Shown here in pieces: positions 36,655-46,310 of a stretch of DNA of 64,000 nucleotides. The DNA is taken from assembly GCA_964403585.1 (NCBI GenBank), contig CAYOFQ010000002.1, forward strand, positions 5,667-69,666, given 5' to 3'. Source of the stretch: an uncultured Gammaproteobacteria bacterium (lineage in GTDB: Bacteria; Patescibacteriota; Microgenomatia; JALYQM01). The position numbers were made by a program, and so were the translations under genes. The notes under the pieces were generated by a model. It saw only the letters and a program-made list of their open reading frames with translations. It did not search any database and was not told the DNA's origin. Numbering within the stretch: position 1 is the first letter of the stretch; the number at the start of each line of letters is the position of its first letter.

Positions 36655-36738
36655 CGGAGAGGGTGGGATTCGAACCCACGAGGCTCATCACCTAGACGTG
36701 TTCGAGACGTCCGCACTCGGCCACTATGCGACCTCTCC
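36655..36738 (-). tRNA. tRNA-Ser(CGA)
   Basis: GGAGAGGUCGCAUAGUGGCCGAGUGCG…GACGU-CUCGAAC-ACGUC…GGUUCGAAUCCCACC; long variable arm. Confidence 0.8.
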
Positions 36739-36837
36739 TTAATATATCTTGTTCATACCTACTGGAGCCTGATAGGCATGAACAAGATATATTATCGTGA
36801 GCGTCGTCCTGTAGGGACGACCTCTAGCCCATTCTAG

Positions 36838-36910
36838 TGCACTCGACAGGAGTCGAACCTGTAACCGTCAGCTCCGCAAGCTGATGCTCTATCCATTAAG
36901 CTACGAGTGC
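36838..36910 (-). tRNA. tRNA-Arg (anticodon read as GCG)
   Basis: GCACUCG acceptor, D-arm GCUU-AAUGGAU-AGAGC, anticodon stem-loop UCAGC-UUGCGGA-GCUGA, T-arm ACAGG-UUCGACU-CCUGU. Confidence 0.7.
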
Positions 36911-36981
36911 CCATCTTTCATGCCTAAGCACAAAACTACCGTCATATTATAACGCACAAAGCCATTTCGCACAATTGAAGA

Positions 36982-37530
36982 TTATTGAGCGGTTTTCTCA
37001 AGAGGAAACTTCTTCGACACCCATTCTGCAGCCCGATCCACCGCTGAAGTATCCTTGCTGTCTTTCAGGATCAACCGTGTTCCAATTACCTGCTCGATTT
37101 GCTCCCGGGTAGCCGGCTCTCGCAACAATAAGTATATTGACCCGGGGAGACTGGCTTTAGTTCGCGCCACCATAATATCATTACCCCAGCGTTTCTCGAA
37201 CCAGTAGTACAGAAGATCCGGCCAGGCATAAAAGTGATTCCCGTTCTTAATTCCTGTCGTAAAAATTTCATTATCAATATCGTCAGGCGGAACGGTATAC
37301 AATACGTACACCAGAAAAACAAACGCAATCACTACGGCAATGACCAGGAACTCCCGCATAAAAAACAGGATCACAATAGATAAAATTGCCATAATAGTCA
37401 CTGTAGTGAAAAAATCTTTATCACGCTTTTTAAATGGGCGTGAAGGAGATCGCCATTGTAAAAGTAACTTTTTTTCTTCCTCAGGAACAATAGCTACCGT
37501 TGGTTGAGAGGAAACAGAAGAAGTGTCCAT
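36982..37530 (-). CDS. membrane protein, hypothetical
   Basis: 182 aa with two central TM helices. Confidence 0.5.
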   Translation of the reverse strand: MDTSSVSSQPTVAIVPEEEKKLLLQWRSPSRPFKKRDKDFFTTVTIMAILSIVILFFMREFLVIAVVIAFVFLVYVLYTVPPDDIDNEIFTTGIKNGNHFYAWPDLLYYWFEKRWGNDIMVARTKASLPGSIYLLLREPATREQIEQVIGTRLILKDSKDTSAVDRAAEWVSKKFPLEKTAQ

Positions 37531-37595
37531 AAGCGAATAAAAAGGATTATACTGAACACAGAATATCAGATGTGCGTAATAATGCGCAAGAGCTA

Positions 37596-39419
37596 TTATC
37601 CAAAAGTAAATGCAAAAACCTGAACACGATCATCTAAAAACTCTAATTCAATAGTCGCATCCGTCCATTCGGCAAAGGTAGCCAAATTGTATAACTTGGC
37701 AGCTTTCACCAGAAGTGAATTATCCCGAACGTCTTTACTGACATTTTTCTTATTAGTCCCCGTAACAGTGATCTTCACTCGCTTCCCATTTACCAATACT
37801 GTCTTAGGTTGTCCGTTCCCCTGACAATATTCACCTGTACAAACAAGCGAATCATCACCGGACGCAATAGGTACACTCACCCCGTCCGACATTACTAAAT
37901 TAATCTCTTTACCAATAAAATGGTAACGGAGTGTACTCCCCTTCTCTGCTTCAGCGTATTCAGGAGTTATTTTCCATCTCCCTCCTAAACTATACTGACT
38001 TGCCGACAAATCGTATCGCAATGAATAAGTGGAAAATGAATCCCGAACAACGCTTTCTTTTGACCTAAATTGCTCTTCATCTAATCGTGCGTAACCAACA
38101 TATGTCTCTGGACTAATATCCCGATCTACCACAACACCCGCTTCCTTAGTAAGTTCATAATCTGCCTGCACACCCCGCTCTGCCAATAATAACTGGATCG
38201 CCCGTTCCATATTCTCATAATCACCTTCTCCAAAATGATAGCGCCGGATTCTTCCCTGTGCATCAATCAGGTAATGTGCCGGCCAGTAATGGTTTTCATA
38301 CGCCCGCCAGGTACCAAAGTCATTATCCATCACCACCGGATACGTCAAACCAAAATCAGCAATTGCTTTCTCTACATTTTCCTGAACCTTTTCAAACGCA
38401 AATTCAGGCGAATGCACACCAATAACGGTGAAACCTTTATCTTTATATTTCTTATGCCAATCCTCAATATACGGCAATGTACGAATACAGTTAATACAGC
38501 TGTAGGTCCAAAAATCCACTAAAACAACGTTTCCCTGTAATGCTTTAAGTGTAAAAGGTTCCGGAGTATTCAACCATTTGGTTGGCTTTACAAACTCGGG
38601 AGCCGGACCGACATCTCTCAACAGAGTAGCGCTATCAAAACGGATATCACGTTGTGGAGTTCCCGGATTCTCACGAAGCTGCTGTAATTGACCCACAACC
38701 TCGCTACTCGATTCATACGAAGCTAAGGGGGTTAATACCCAACTCGGTAAACGCTGTACAATAAAAGTCTGAAAACGGCGGTCAATATTGAACACCAAAG
38801 CTAAAGCTGCCAGGATCATTACCACGCCAAAGAATTGTTGGATTCGCCCGGAATATTTATTAAGCAAACGGAAGCGACTTAATATCTCTTTACCACCATA
38901 CGCAATCATCAACAGCACCGAAGCGGATCCGCAAACATATGCAAAGGTTATCAAAACTGCCTCAATAGTTACTGACTGAGTCGCCACCAAAGTAATAACC
39001 GCCGCCAGTATTGGCCCTGCGCAGGGAACCCACAATAAACCGACTGTCAATCCAATCACTACCCCACCCCAAAATCCCGTCCGCTGTCCGACACTTCCCA
39101 CCTGCCCGCTCAACCGGGAAAAAACCCGCTCCGTGAACTGTGAAAAATACGGTACCACCATGGATAAACCAAACATAAATATTAGAACAATGGAAAGATT
39201 CCGCAGCAAATCCGGCGGCAAATTAAAACGATCTACTAATGCGGTTAAACCCAATGTAAAAAACGTAAAGCTGAAAATAAGTCCGAGGATAACCCCCAAC
39301 GGACGACGCGAACCACCAACAACAGTTGAAGATAGAACAATCGGTAAAATTGGCAATACACACGGTGTTAAAGCAGTAACAAATCCGGAAACAAAGGCAA
39401 AAATGAGAAGAAGTGCCAT
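37596..39419 (-). CDS. cytochrome c-type biogenesis CcdA/DsbD-like transmembrane domain fused to thioredoxin-like (TlpA/ResA-type) domain
   Basis: N-terminal CcdA-like TM helices with paired Cys (ALTPCVLP, LWVPCAGP); central redoxin domain with CxxC (WTYSCINCIRTLPYIEDWHKKYKDKGFTVIGVHSPEF). Confidence 0.75.
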   Translation of the reverse strand: MALLLIFAFVSGFVTALTPCVLPILPIVLSSTVVGGSRRPLGVILGLIFSFTFFTLGLTALVDRFNLPPDLLRNLSIVLIFMFGLSMVVPYFSQFTERVFSRLSGQVGSVGQRTGFWGGVVIGLTVGLLWVPCAGPILAAVITLVATQSVTIEAVLITFAYVCGSASVLLMIAYGGKEILSRFRLLNKYSGRIQQFFGVVMILAALALVFNIDRRFQTFIVQRLPSWVLTPLASYESSSEVVGQLQQLRENPGTPQRDIRFDSATLLRDVGPAPEFVKPTKWLNTPEPFTLKALQGNVVLVDFWTYSCINCIRTLPYIEDWHKKYKDKGFTVIGVHSPEFAFEKVQENVEKAIADFGLTYPVVMDNDFGTWRAYENHYWPAHYLIDAQGRIRRYHFGEGDYENMERAIQLLLAERGVQADYELTKEAGVVVDRDISPETYVGYARLDEEQFRSKESVVRDSFSTYSLRYDLSASQYSLGGRWKITPEYAEAEKGSTLRYHFIGKEINLVMSDGVSVPIASGDDSLVCTGEYCQGNGQPKTVLVNGKRVKITVTGTNKKNVSKDVRDNSLLVKAAKLYNLATFAEWTDATIELEFLDDRVQVFAFTFG

Positions 39420-39518
39420 ACTTCAGTATAGCATAGTGCGGAGAGGATTGGGCGATATTTGAACTTTTCTAAGTCAATCCTCTTGTGCATAAAACAGAAA
39501 AATTCGTAAGATATTATT

Positions 39519-40343
39519 ATGGCTAAGAAAAAGGGTGTCCAAAAATATTTTATACACCTAATTATAGCAGTTATATTAATAACCGGACTATATATAACTA
39601 TCTTCCTAAACCTCATCACTCCTCGTCATTCTAATAATATTAGACCTCAAAAAAATATAATAAATACGCCTACTTCTTCGTTCAAGGCAACTATTCTACC
39701 TATACCGACTCATACACCATATCCAATCAAATATAAAACTTATATAAACAATAAATCTGGGTTTTCTATAAAATATCCAGAAGTTACAGAAGCACTTTGG
39801 ACAGGTTGTGACGTTAATTCACAATCTTCAGGGATGACTAGCGGAATAATTCCAACAAAGTTAATCGAAGATCCGTCTAATGACACTATTTACCTCACCG
39901 TCACAAAATACGCCCATGTAGATATGATAAAAACCGCAAACAGTATGGTTAATGATCCTACATCGTGTAAAGTTGAGGAGGTAAATTTAAACCTAGTAAA
40001 AAATGGATATACTCAAAAACCATACGGACCAAATTATCCTAAACATACAAAGTTCATCTATAAGCAGATCAATAACGATAAAGACTTATCAGCTTTCGCT
40101 CAAGAGGTATATGGGGACAAATGTAATAACATAACAAAAATTCCATCTAACGAACTTAAGGGTATTTACAATATAGAATTTAATAATAGAAACCCAGATA
40201 CCGGATGCTGGATAGGAGCTGTTATCCGCTTTATATATTCACCTAAAAACAGGTTAGCAGTTACTTGGATCTTAGGACATGAACCACCATATCAAATATA
40301 CGGGCAAGTCCACGAGCTAGAAGTTAACTTTTTACAACATTAA
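39519..40343 (+). CDS. membrane-anchored hypothetical protein
   Basis: N-terminal TM LIIAVILITGLYITIFLNLI. Confidence 0.5.
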   Translation: MAKKKGVQKYFIHLIIAVILITGLYITIFLNLITPRHSNNIRPQKNIINTPTSSFKATILPIPTHTPYPIKYKTYINNKSGFSIKYPEVTEALWTGCDVNSQSSGMTSGIIPTKLIEDPSNDTIYLTVTKYAHVDMIKTANSMVNDPTSCKVEEVNLNLVKNGYTQKPYGPNYPKHTKFIYKQINNDKDLSAFAQEVYGDKCNNITKIPSNELKGIYNIEFNNRNPDTGCWIGAVIRFIYSPKNRLAVTWILGHEPPYQIYGQVHELEVNFLQH

Positions 40344-40397
40344 CCCTACATTTACAGATTCTGTAAAGACCTCTTCTGTTATAAACTTGAAGACTAC

Positions 40398-40491
40398 TGG
40401 CGGAGAGGGAGGGATTCGAACCCTCGATACGGGTTTAGGCCCATATAATTTCTTAGCAGGAAATCGCTTTCGTCCACTCAGCCACCTCTCC
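40398..40491 (-). tRNA. tRNA-Ser(GCU), CCA encoded
   Basis: GGAGAGGUGGCUGAGUGG…AUUUC-CUGCUAA-GAAAU…long variable arm…GAGGGUUCGAAUCCCUCCCUCUCCGCCA. Confidence 0.8.
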
Positions 40492-40552
40492 AAAGGTAAC
40501 CTGGAAACTTGAGGAAGTATATCACAAAACAGGCAGAAAATTCTCCCCCATC

Positions 40553-41380
40553 TTACGCAACCCGGTGACGAAGCCGTTTGAACTTGAACAAAAACCAGAT
40601 AAAAGCCACATAATAGACCATAATTGCCAGTTTCATCACACTGAATTCACGGTCAATCCCTACCAAACCCTTAAGCAAGTGTCCCACCATCGTTTCATCA
40701 TCAGGCAGGAAATTCAGTGGTATCGGCACAATACTGGACAAGTGAATATCACCATAAACCTCAAACAACTCCCCCAGTCCCCGCTGCACCAGAGCAGCAC
40801 CCGTTACCACAATTAAAGCCTCTGTGGCCTTAAAAATTTTACGGATCGGGAATTTGGTATACAGGAAGAATATAGCCAACCCAATCACGCTTGCACCGGC
40901 AAATCCCAAAAGCAATCCGACAAAATTCTGGAAAAAGACCGAAAAAAGCGCCGTACTGGCAGTAAATAAAGCTATCTCCGCCCCTTCACGAATCACCATA
41001 AAAAAGACCGTAAAAAAGAGCGAAAAATCAAACGCGTCCGGTCGAACACGTCCGGTTACCGTCGAAATCTGGTCACTATCCTTCTTTTTGAGGCGACCAT
41101 GTAAAGACAAAACTAAATAAACAATAAAGAACCCGGAGAAGGTCATTAAGTATCCCTCAAGCATATCCGCATTGCGTTCAGTCAACACCCCTCTGGCGAG
41201 ATCTCCAAACACATAGGTAAGACTGGAAAGAACTAATGAAAAGATCATTCCCACCCCGGCTGCCCAATAAATCTCACGCTCTTTTTTTAATTCAAGTTTC
41301 CGCGAAATCCCAAGGAAAACACCGGTAATCAGAAAGGCTTCTAAAAATTCACGAAAAGCAACAAGTGCAATAATTAACAT
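40553..41380 (-). CDS. FTR1/EfeU-family high-affinity iron permease
   Basis: Seven TM helices and the two RExxE motifs of the family (FREFLEAFL and VIREGAEIALF). Confidence 0.75.
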   Translation of the reverse strand: MLIIALVAFREFLEAFLITGVFLGISRKLELKKEREIYWAAGVGMIFSLVLSSLTYVFGDLARGVLTERNADMLEGYLMTFSGFFIVYLVLSLHGRLKKKDSDQISTVTGRVRPDAFDFSLFFTVFFMVIREGAEIALFTASTALFSVFFQNFVGLLLGFAGASVIGLAIFFLYTKFPIRKIFKATEALIVVTGAALVQRGLGELFEVYGDIHLSSIVPIPLNFLPDDETMVGHLLKGLVGIDREFSVMKLAIMVYYVAFIWFLFKFKRLRHRVA

Positions 41381-41452
41381 AGATCAACACTATACTAAAA
41401 ATAATATTTTGTGTATTTACAAATAAAACCCGAAGTAGTATAGTAACCTTGC

Positions 41453-42019
41453 ATGAGAAATACTCGTAAAACGCCCAACACTACTTGTGCTTACTGCCAA
41501 ATTCCTTTCTATAAAAAACCTTCAGAAATAAAAAAATATAAGCACACCTTTTGTTCGACTAAATGCTATGGAAAGTTTAGTAGCCACCCCTTAACTTGCA
41601 TTATCTGCGGAAAAGAATACCCAAGAAAATTTCACAAAAAAACCTGTAGCCGCAGCTGCGCTAATAAGCACCGAAGTGGAATAAAATATAAAGTAAATCG
41701 ACCAAGAGACAAAGTCGCTTACTCAACAGGGCTTAAAATACGCTTATTATCTGAAAGAGGCTCATCATGCCAAAGATGTAATTTCCCAAAAACAGAAATT
41801 TTAATTGTTCACCATAAAGACAGGGATAGGACCAACAACAACCTGAAAAATTTGGAGCTTATTTGCCCAAACTGTCATGCTGAAGAACACTATCTAGAAA
41901 AAAACTGGCTAAAAAGATATAATGTTCAGGAATTTAAAGAAAAGCTCCTTTTGAAAGAATCTGCTTACTTTATCTATCGTACGGAGAGGTCGCCTAGTGG
42001 TTTATGGCAGAAGTCTTGA
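41453..42019 (+). CDS. HNH-family endonuclease; 3' end overlaps tRNA-Ser(UGA)
   Basis: Cys-rich N-terminus; HNH core ILIVHHKDRDRTNNNLKNLELICPNCH. There is no in-frame stop before the tRNA, so the last roughly 15 codons read into it. Confidence 0.6.
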   Translation: MRNTRKTPNTTCAYCQIPFYKKPSEIKKYKHTFCSTKCYGKFSSHPLTCIICGKEYPRKFHKKTCSRSCANKHRSGIKYKVNRPRDKVAYSTGLKIRLLSERGSSCQRCNFPKTEILIVHHKDRDRTNNNLKNLELICPNCHAEEHYLEKNWLKRYNVQEFKEKLLLKESAYFIYRTERSPSGLWQKS

Positions 42020-42069
42020 AAACTTCCAGGTGATGAGCCTCGTGGGTTCGAATCCCACCCTCTCCGCCA
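41973..42069 (+). tRNA. tRNA-Ser(UGA), CCA encoded
   Basis: GGAGAGGUCGCCUAGUGG…GAAGU-CUUGAAA-ACUUC…long variable arm…GGGUUCGAAUCCCACCCUCUCCGCCA. Confidence 0.8.
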
Positions 42070-42089
42070 TAATTTGATACAATACTTCC

Positions 42090-42875
42090 ATGTCTCATGA
42101 ACTAGAAATCATACTCCGGGCAATCCAAGAAGCTTCAAAAATCCACCGCAAGTATTTTCAGGACCCTAATCTTACACATACGCCAAAAGGATTATCAGAC
42201 TCAGTTTCTCAGGCAGATCTCGAATCAGAAAAGATAATTCTAGACATACTTACTAAAGAATTCCCTGATTATTCCTTTTTCTCTGAAGAATCCGGACTCT
42301 CGGAAAATAAATCGAACAATCAGTGGATCATCGATCCAATGGACGGATCAAGTAACTTCAAGCTTGGTTTAACAGAAATCGGTATAACTATAGCCTTGCT
42401 ATCAGAAGGCCAAATAATAGCCGGAGCAGTTGCCGCGCCTTTACTAAACATTCTTGCTTATGCCGAAACAGGCGGGGGAACGTATCTTAATGGCACTAAA
42501 ATTACTCCTGACTCAACACCTCAAAGTAACATCATCTCCTTAATTGCCGGATACGCGGCTGTAGAAAGCCAAACCAAGGTTTGGACTGGATTACAAGGCA
42601 AAGTCAAACGGATTCTAATGCAATGGGCACCAACCATAGATTCCTTACTATTGCTTTCCGGTAAAACCGATGCCTTAATATCGTTGGACAACGAAATAGA
42701 AGATCAAGCCGCAGCGCTACTACTCTTCAAAGAGGCCGGATTCACTACCCGCACACTGGATAATAAAGACTATGATCTGAACGAATTTTCACTCCTATTA
42801 CCCAAAATGGTCATCTCCCGTAATGAGGATATAAGTAACAGATTAATAGCTGAAGTTAATCAAAGCCTGCAATGA
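42090..42875 (+). CDS. inositol-monophosphatase (IMPase/SuhB) family protein
   Basis: Metal-binding motifs FSEESG and WIIDPMDGSSNF. Confidence 0.75.
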   Translation: MSHELEIILRAIQEASKIHRKYFQDPNLTHTPKGLSDSVSQADLESEKIILDILTKEFPDYSFFSEESGLSENKSNNQWIIDPMDGSSNFKLGLTEIGITIALLSEGQIIAGAVAAPLLNILAYAETGGGTYLNGTKITPDSTPQSNIISLIAGYAAVESQTKVWTGLQGKVKRILMQWAPTIDSLLLLSGKTDALISLDNEIEDQAAALLLFKEAGFTTRTLDNKDYDLNEFSLLLPKMVISRNEDISNRLIAEVNQSLQ

Positions 42876-43666
42876 AACTCCTTAATATCAACATCGGCAT
42901 CAAAATAGACAACACCCCAGAAATTGCTGAGTTCATCAAGCAAACGAATGCCGACATTGTCGCCGTTCAGGAAATAGTTCGCCACCTTGAACCTTCCGTA
43001 TATGACCAATATAAAACAAAAGAAGGCATTGAAAAGATCGTTAACAACGTCTATCCATATAAGTTCTTCGGTCCGCTCTGGGTAACGGAAGCATTTAGAA
43101 AAAACGGCAAAATTCACCGTGATTTTAACGGTATAATTGAGCAAGGAAATGAAATTCTATCCAAATTTCCCATCACCGAAGCAACCAATGAGCATTACTA
43201 CAAATCCTATTCCTACGCACTTGATTGGACCAATTGGGAAGCAGAAGACCATGGGCGCGCCGTTCAAATTGTTGAAATTACCGTCAACAACAAACCATTA
43301 CAAATACTCAACTTACACGGAATATGGACAAAAGATAAGCTTGGAGATCAGCGAACCGACGCCGAATGCGAATATATTATTTCAGCTGCTCAACGGAAAA
43401 AAATACCAACTATTATTACCGGCGACTTTAACTTACTCCCCCACTCTAACTCAATAAAAATCATAAACAGTGAGTACAATAACTTAATCAAAAAATTCAA
43501 CATCACCAGCACCCGTCCGGAATTTAAAGACAACATCGATATAGGAAACAACGTGGTAGACTATATTTTTATAAGCAAAGATATCATAGTAAACAGCTTT
43601 GAAGTCATCCAGACTAATATTTCCGATCATTTACCACTTCTTCTTGATTTCGAGATTGAACAATAG
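42872..43666 (+). CDS. endonuclease/exonuclease/phosphatase (EEP) family protein
   Basis: ADIVAVQEI, ITGDFNL and SDHLPL catalytic motifs; start overlaps the upstream stop (ATGA). Confidence 0.75.
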   Translation: MKLLNINIGIKIDNTPEIAEFIKQTNADIVAVQEIVRHLEPSVYDQYKTKEGIEKIVNNVYPYKFFGPLWVTEAFRKNGKIHRDFNGIIEQGNEILSKFPITEATNEHYYKSYSYALDWTNWEAEDHGRAVQIVEITVNNKPLQILNLHGIWTKDKLGDQRTDAECEYIISAAQRKKIPTIITGDFNLLPHSNSIKIINSEYNNLIKKFNITSTRPEFKDNIDIGNNVVDYIFISKDIIVNSFEVIQTNISDHLPLLLDFEIEQ

Positions 43667-43671
43667 CAAGG

Positions 43672-44103
43672 CTACTGAGCACCACCCCACGCCACCGCTT
43701 GCACCTGTTTATATTCCGCCTCTTTACGGTCTATCATGCCATCACCCAAACGGGCTAATGCCAACGCCCGATGTGGAGCTTTTTGCAAAGTCATATCCAT
43801 CGCATATACTTGCATCTCTCTATATGCAGCTCCCACCGCGGCTACCCGACACAGCGATTCAACCGAATGAGGATTTTCCGGAGTCACACTCGCCCGCAAA
43901 GCCATCGCCGCTTCCATTCGTGCTTTAGTAGTTTCCTCAGTCCGTCCGTCTACAGCTTCATCTTTTACAACCGCCACTAAATACGTTGCTTCCAAAGGAG
44001 TCGGATTAATAAACGTAATCGCATCGCGAACAAGCGGCGGTAATTCTTCGACAGGATTTGGTTGTTGAGCTTCTTCTTCACCCATAACAGAATTATAATC
44101 CAC
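43672..44103 (-). CDS. hypothetical protein
   Basis: 143-aa ORF, GC-richer than its neighbours, no recognised motif. Confidence 0.4.
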   Translation of the reverse strand: MDYNSVMGEEEAQQPNPVEELPPLVRDAITFINPTPLEATYLVAVVKDEAVDGRTEETTKARMEAAMALRASVTPENPHSVESLCRVAAVGAAYREMQVYAMDMTLQKAPHRALALARLGDGMIDRKEAEYKQVQAVAWGGAQ

Positions 44104-44145
44104 GAAATACTATACGCAATAGCTGCCGGTTGGTATTATTAAACC

Positions 44146-44898
44146 ATGAACCTCAAACGACTACTCTTTTTAACAGTAATCACCTCTCTTAGTTTTAGTG
44201 CCTTTCTTGGAATCGTAGTTTTTCTCTTTGGAACCTTAAGTGAAACCGAAGGTCGCATAATCGGAACAACTTTTTTTGTAGGAATTTATTCTCTATCCGG
44301 ACTTGCGAGTTTCTCTCTCTACGAAAAAAAGAAATATCAAATACTCGCTACAGCAAACATTACCTTCGCAGCGGCAAGCTTCTTTATGACCGAACTGGTT
44401 TTATGGGATATACTGGACTTTGAGGACATCTGGCGGGCGGTTGCTGCAGCCGGCGTAATCGCCTATGCACTGGCACATATTTCGCTAGTAATGTTGGTCA
44501 ATCCCAAAAGCAACGTCGTAAAAACAATTCAAGTAGTAACTGCTGCTGCGATTGCACTGGTTGCAGGAATACTGAATATCCTGCTTTTTGAGATGATCAG
44601 CACATATAATAATGATGGCATCATCAGATTACTTGGTGTGTGTGCAATTCTCTCCGCTACCGGCACTATTCTGGGACCACTCATCAACAAAACTATCAAA
44701 AATCCCCATGAACAATTTACGTTAAACACTACTCCATCAACAATTCACCGCAGTGTAGCAAGTACTACCATCACTGAAACCGATCTGGGAATTACTACGG
44801 TCAAACATGCCATTACCGGAGAAAAGTTTCACCTGTTCAAAGAAGTAGATCAGACCACCAACAAAACCGAATTATTTATTGAACCCATCAACCAATAG
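44146..44898 (+). CDS. polytopic membrane protein, hypothetical
   Basis: About six TM helices. Confidence 0.5.
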   Translation: MNLKRLLFLTVITSLSFSAFLGIVVFLFGTLSETEGRIIGTTFFVGIYSLSGLASFSLYEKKKYQILATANITFAAASFFMTELVLWDILDFEDIWRAVAAAGVIAYALAHISLVMLVNPKSNVVKTIQVVTAAAIALVAGILNILLFEMISTYNNDGIIRLLGVCAILSATGTILGPLINKTIKNPHEQFTLNTTPSTIHRSVASTTITETDLGITTVKHAITGEKFHLFKEVDQTTNKTELFIEPINQ

Positions 44899-44940
44899 CA
44901 CCTCAGAGACAAAACCTTGCCCACTTGGTATACTACCCGC

Positions 44941-45534
44941 ATGAATGACTTACTCAAAAAACCGGAAATTAAATATGGATTAATCATTGGCCTCGCAGTT
45001 GCGGCCTACGTATATGCAGAATATTTGTTGGGATTCCATGGAAAGTACGCAGATTTCGGCCGCTATACAGGCTATGCCTCTACCTTAATACCCGTAATTG
45101 GATTATATTATGCCATGAAGAAAAAGAAGGCTGAATTAAATAATACGATATCCTTTAAAGAGGCCTTTATGACAGGGTTAATTGCTAGCGCTATTGCCGC
45201 CGCTATCATCTCCGGATTTTTCTACCTGTATAACACCAAAATAAACCCTACCTGGATAGATAAAGCGGTCGATTCCGCCCGCAAGGAAATGGTTAAGGAA
45301 AAAGTCGATCCAAAGAAAATTGAAGAAAATATTAAGGACTTAAAACAAATATACAGCCCCCAGACACAGCTTACTGCGGTATTTGTCGGTACCTTCATTA
45401 ATGGAATGATTCTCAGTCTCATTTTAGCCGCTGTTATGGCCAGAAAACGCAAAAAAACAGACGCAGCTACTCAAACCGAAGAAGTAAAAGAAATAGAAAC
45501 AACCAAAGAAATAAAAACTGAAGATAAATCATGA
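44941..45534 (+). CDS. DUF4199-like membrane protein
   Basis: Four TM helices with conserved aromatic or Gly residues; start moved to MNDLLKK (44941) from the ORF-track start at 44917. Confidence 0.5.
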   Translation: MNDLLKKPEIKYGLIIGLAVAAYVYAEYLLGFHGKYADFGRYTGYASTLIPVIGLYYAMKKKKAELNNTISFKEAFMTGLIASAIAAAIISGFFYLYNTKINPTWIDKAVDSARKEMVKEKVDPKKIEENIKDLKQIYSPQTQLTAVFVGTFINGMILSLILAAVMARKRKKTDAATQTEEVKEIETTKEIKTEDKS

Positions 45535-46310
45535 ACAAAACAGTCCTGATCACAGGAGCTTCCGGTGGACTCGGCTATGCGTTCGCCAAGCTGTATGCTC
45601 AAAAGAACTACACACTTATTCTCACTGCTCGCAATCACCAACGATTAAATGACATTGCTGCAGAACTGCTGGCCCAACACCATGTTACAGTTATCACCAT
45701 TCCCAAAGATCTGTCACAGACCAACGCACCTCAAGAGATACATCAGGAGATCCAAAAAACTAACCACCAGGTTGACATACTTATTAATAACGCCGGATTC
45801 GGCAACTATGGAGAATTTGCCGATGTTGAGTGGTCGCGGCAGAGCAACCTGTTACAAGTGAACATCGTCGCGTTAACACACCTCACACACCTTATTAGTA
45901 GTGATATGAAGAAAAGAAACTCCGGTCAAATTCTAAATATTGCCTCAACAGCCGGATTCCTGCCTGGTCCACTGATGGCTACATATTATGCCAGTAAAGC
46001 CTATGTCGTATCGTTTTCCGAAGCCATCCATGAAGAATTAAAAAAATACGGCATTACGGTAACTTGCCTATGCCCGGGCGTCGTTAATACCGGTTTTGGC
46101 AAAAACGCCGGGGCGCAAAGTACCCGTTTATTTAATACCTTTCACCTTGAGCCGGACACAGTTGCCGAAATGGGATATACCGGACTGCAACAAAGAAAAA
46201 ATGTCGTAATTGTGAATTGGGTGAATAAATTCCTGATCACAGCCAGCAAATTCGTACCAATAACTCTTACGCTAAAGGCAGTACGCTATATCCAGGAAAG
46301 CAAAAATTAG
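45531..46310 (+). CDS. short-chain dehydrogenase/reductase (SDR) family oxidoreductase
   Basis: TGASGGLG cofactor motif, NNAG, catalytic YxxxK (YYASKAY). Confidence 0.85.
   Translation: MNKTVLITGASGGLGYAFAKLYAQKNYTLILTARNHQRLNDIAAELLAQHHVTVITIPKDLSQTNAPQEIHQEIQKTNHQVDILINNAGFGNYGEFADVEWSRQSNLLQVNIVALTHLTHLISSDMKKRNSGQILNIASTAGFLPGPLMATYYASKAYVVSFSEAIHEELKKYGITVTCLCPGVVNTGFGKNAGAQSTRLFNTFHLEPDTVAEMGYTGLQQRKNVVIVNWVNKFLITASKFVPITLTLKAVRYIQESKN

Noticed and set aside
42019-42019. Calling the HNH endonuclease a pseudogene
   Set aside because: The only oddity is that its last roughly 15 codons overlap the tRNA, and overlaps between a CDS 3' end and a tRNA do occur, so there is no internal stop or frameshift to support a pseudogene call.
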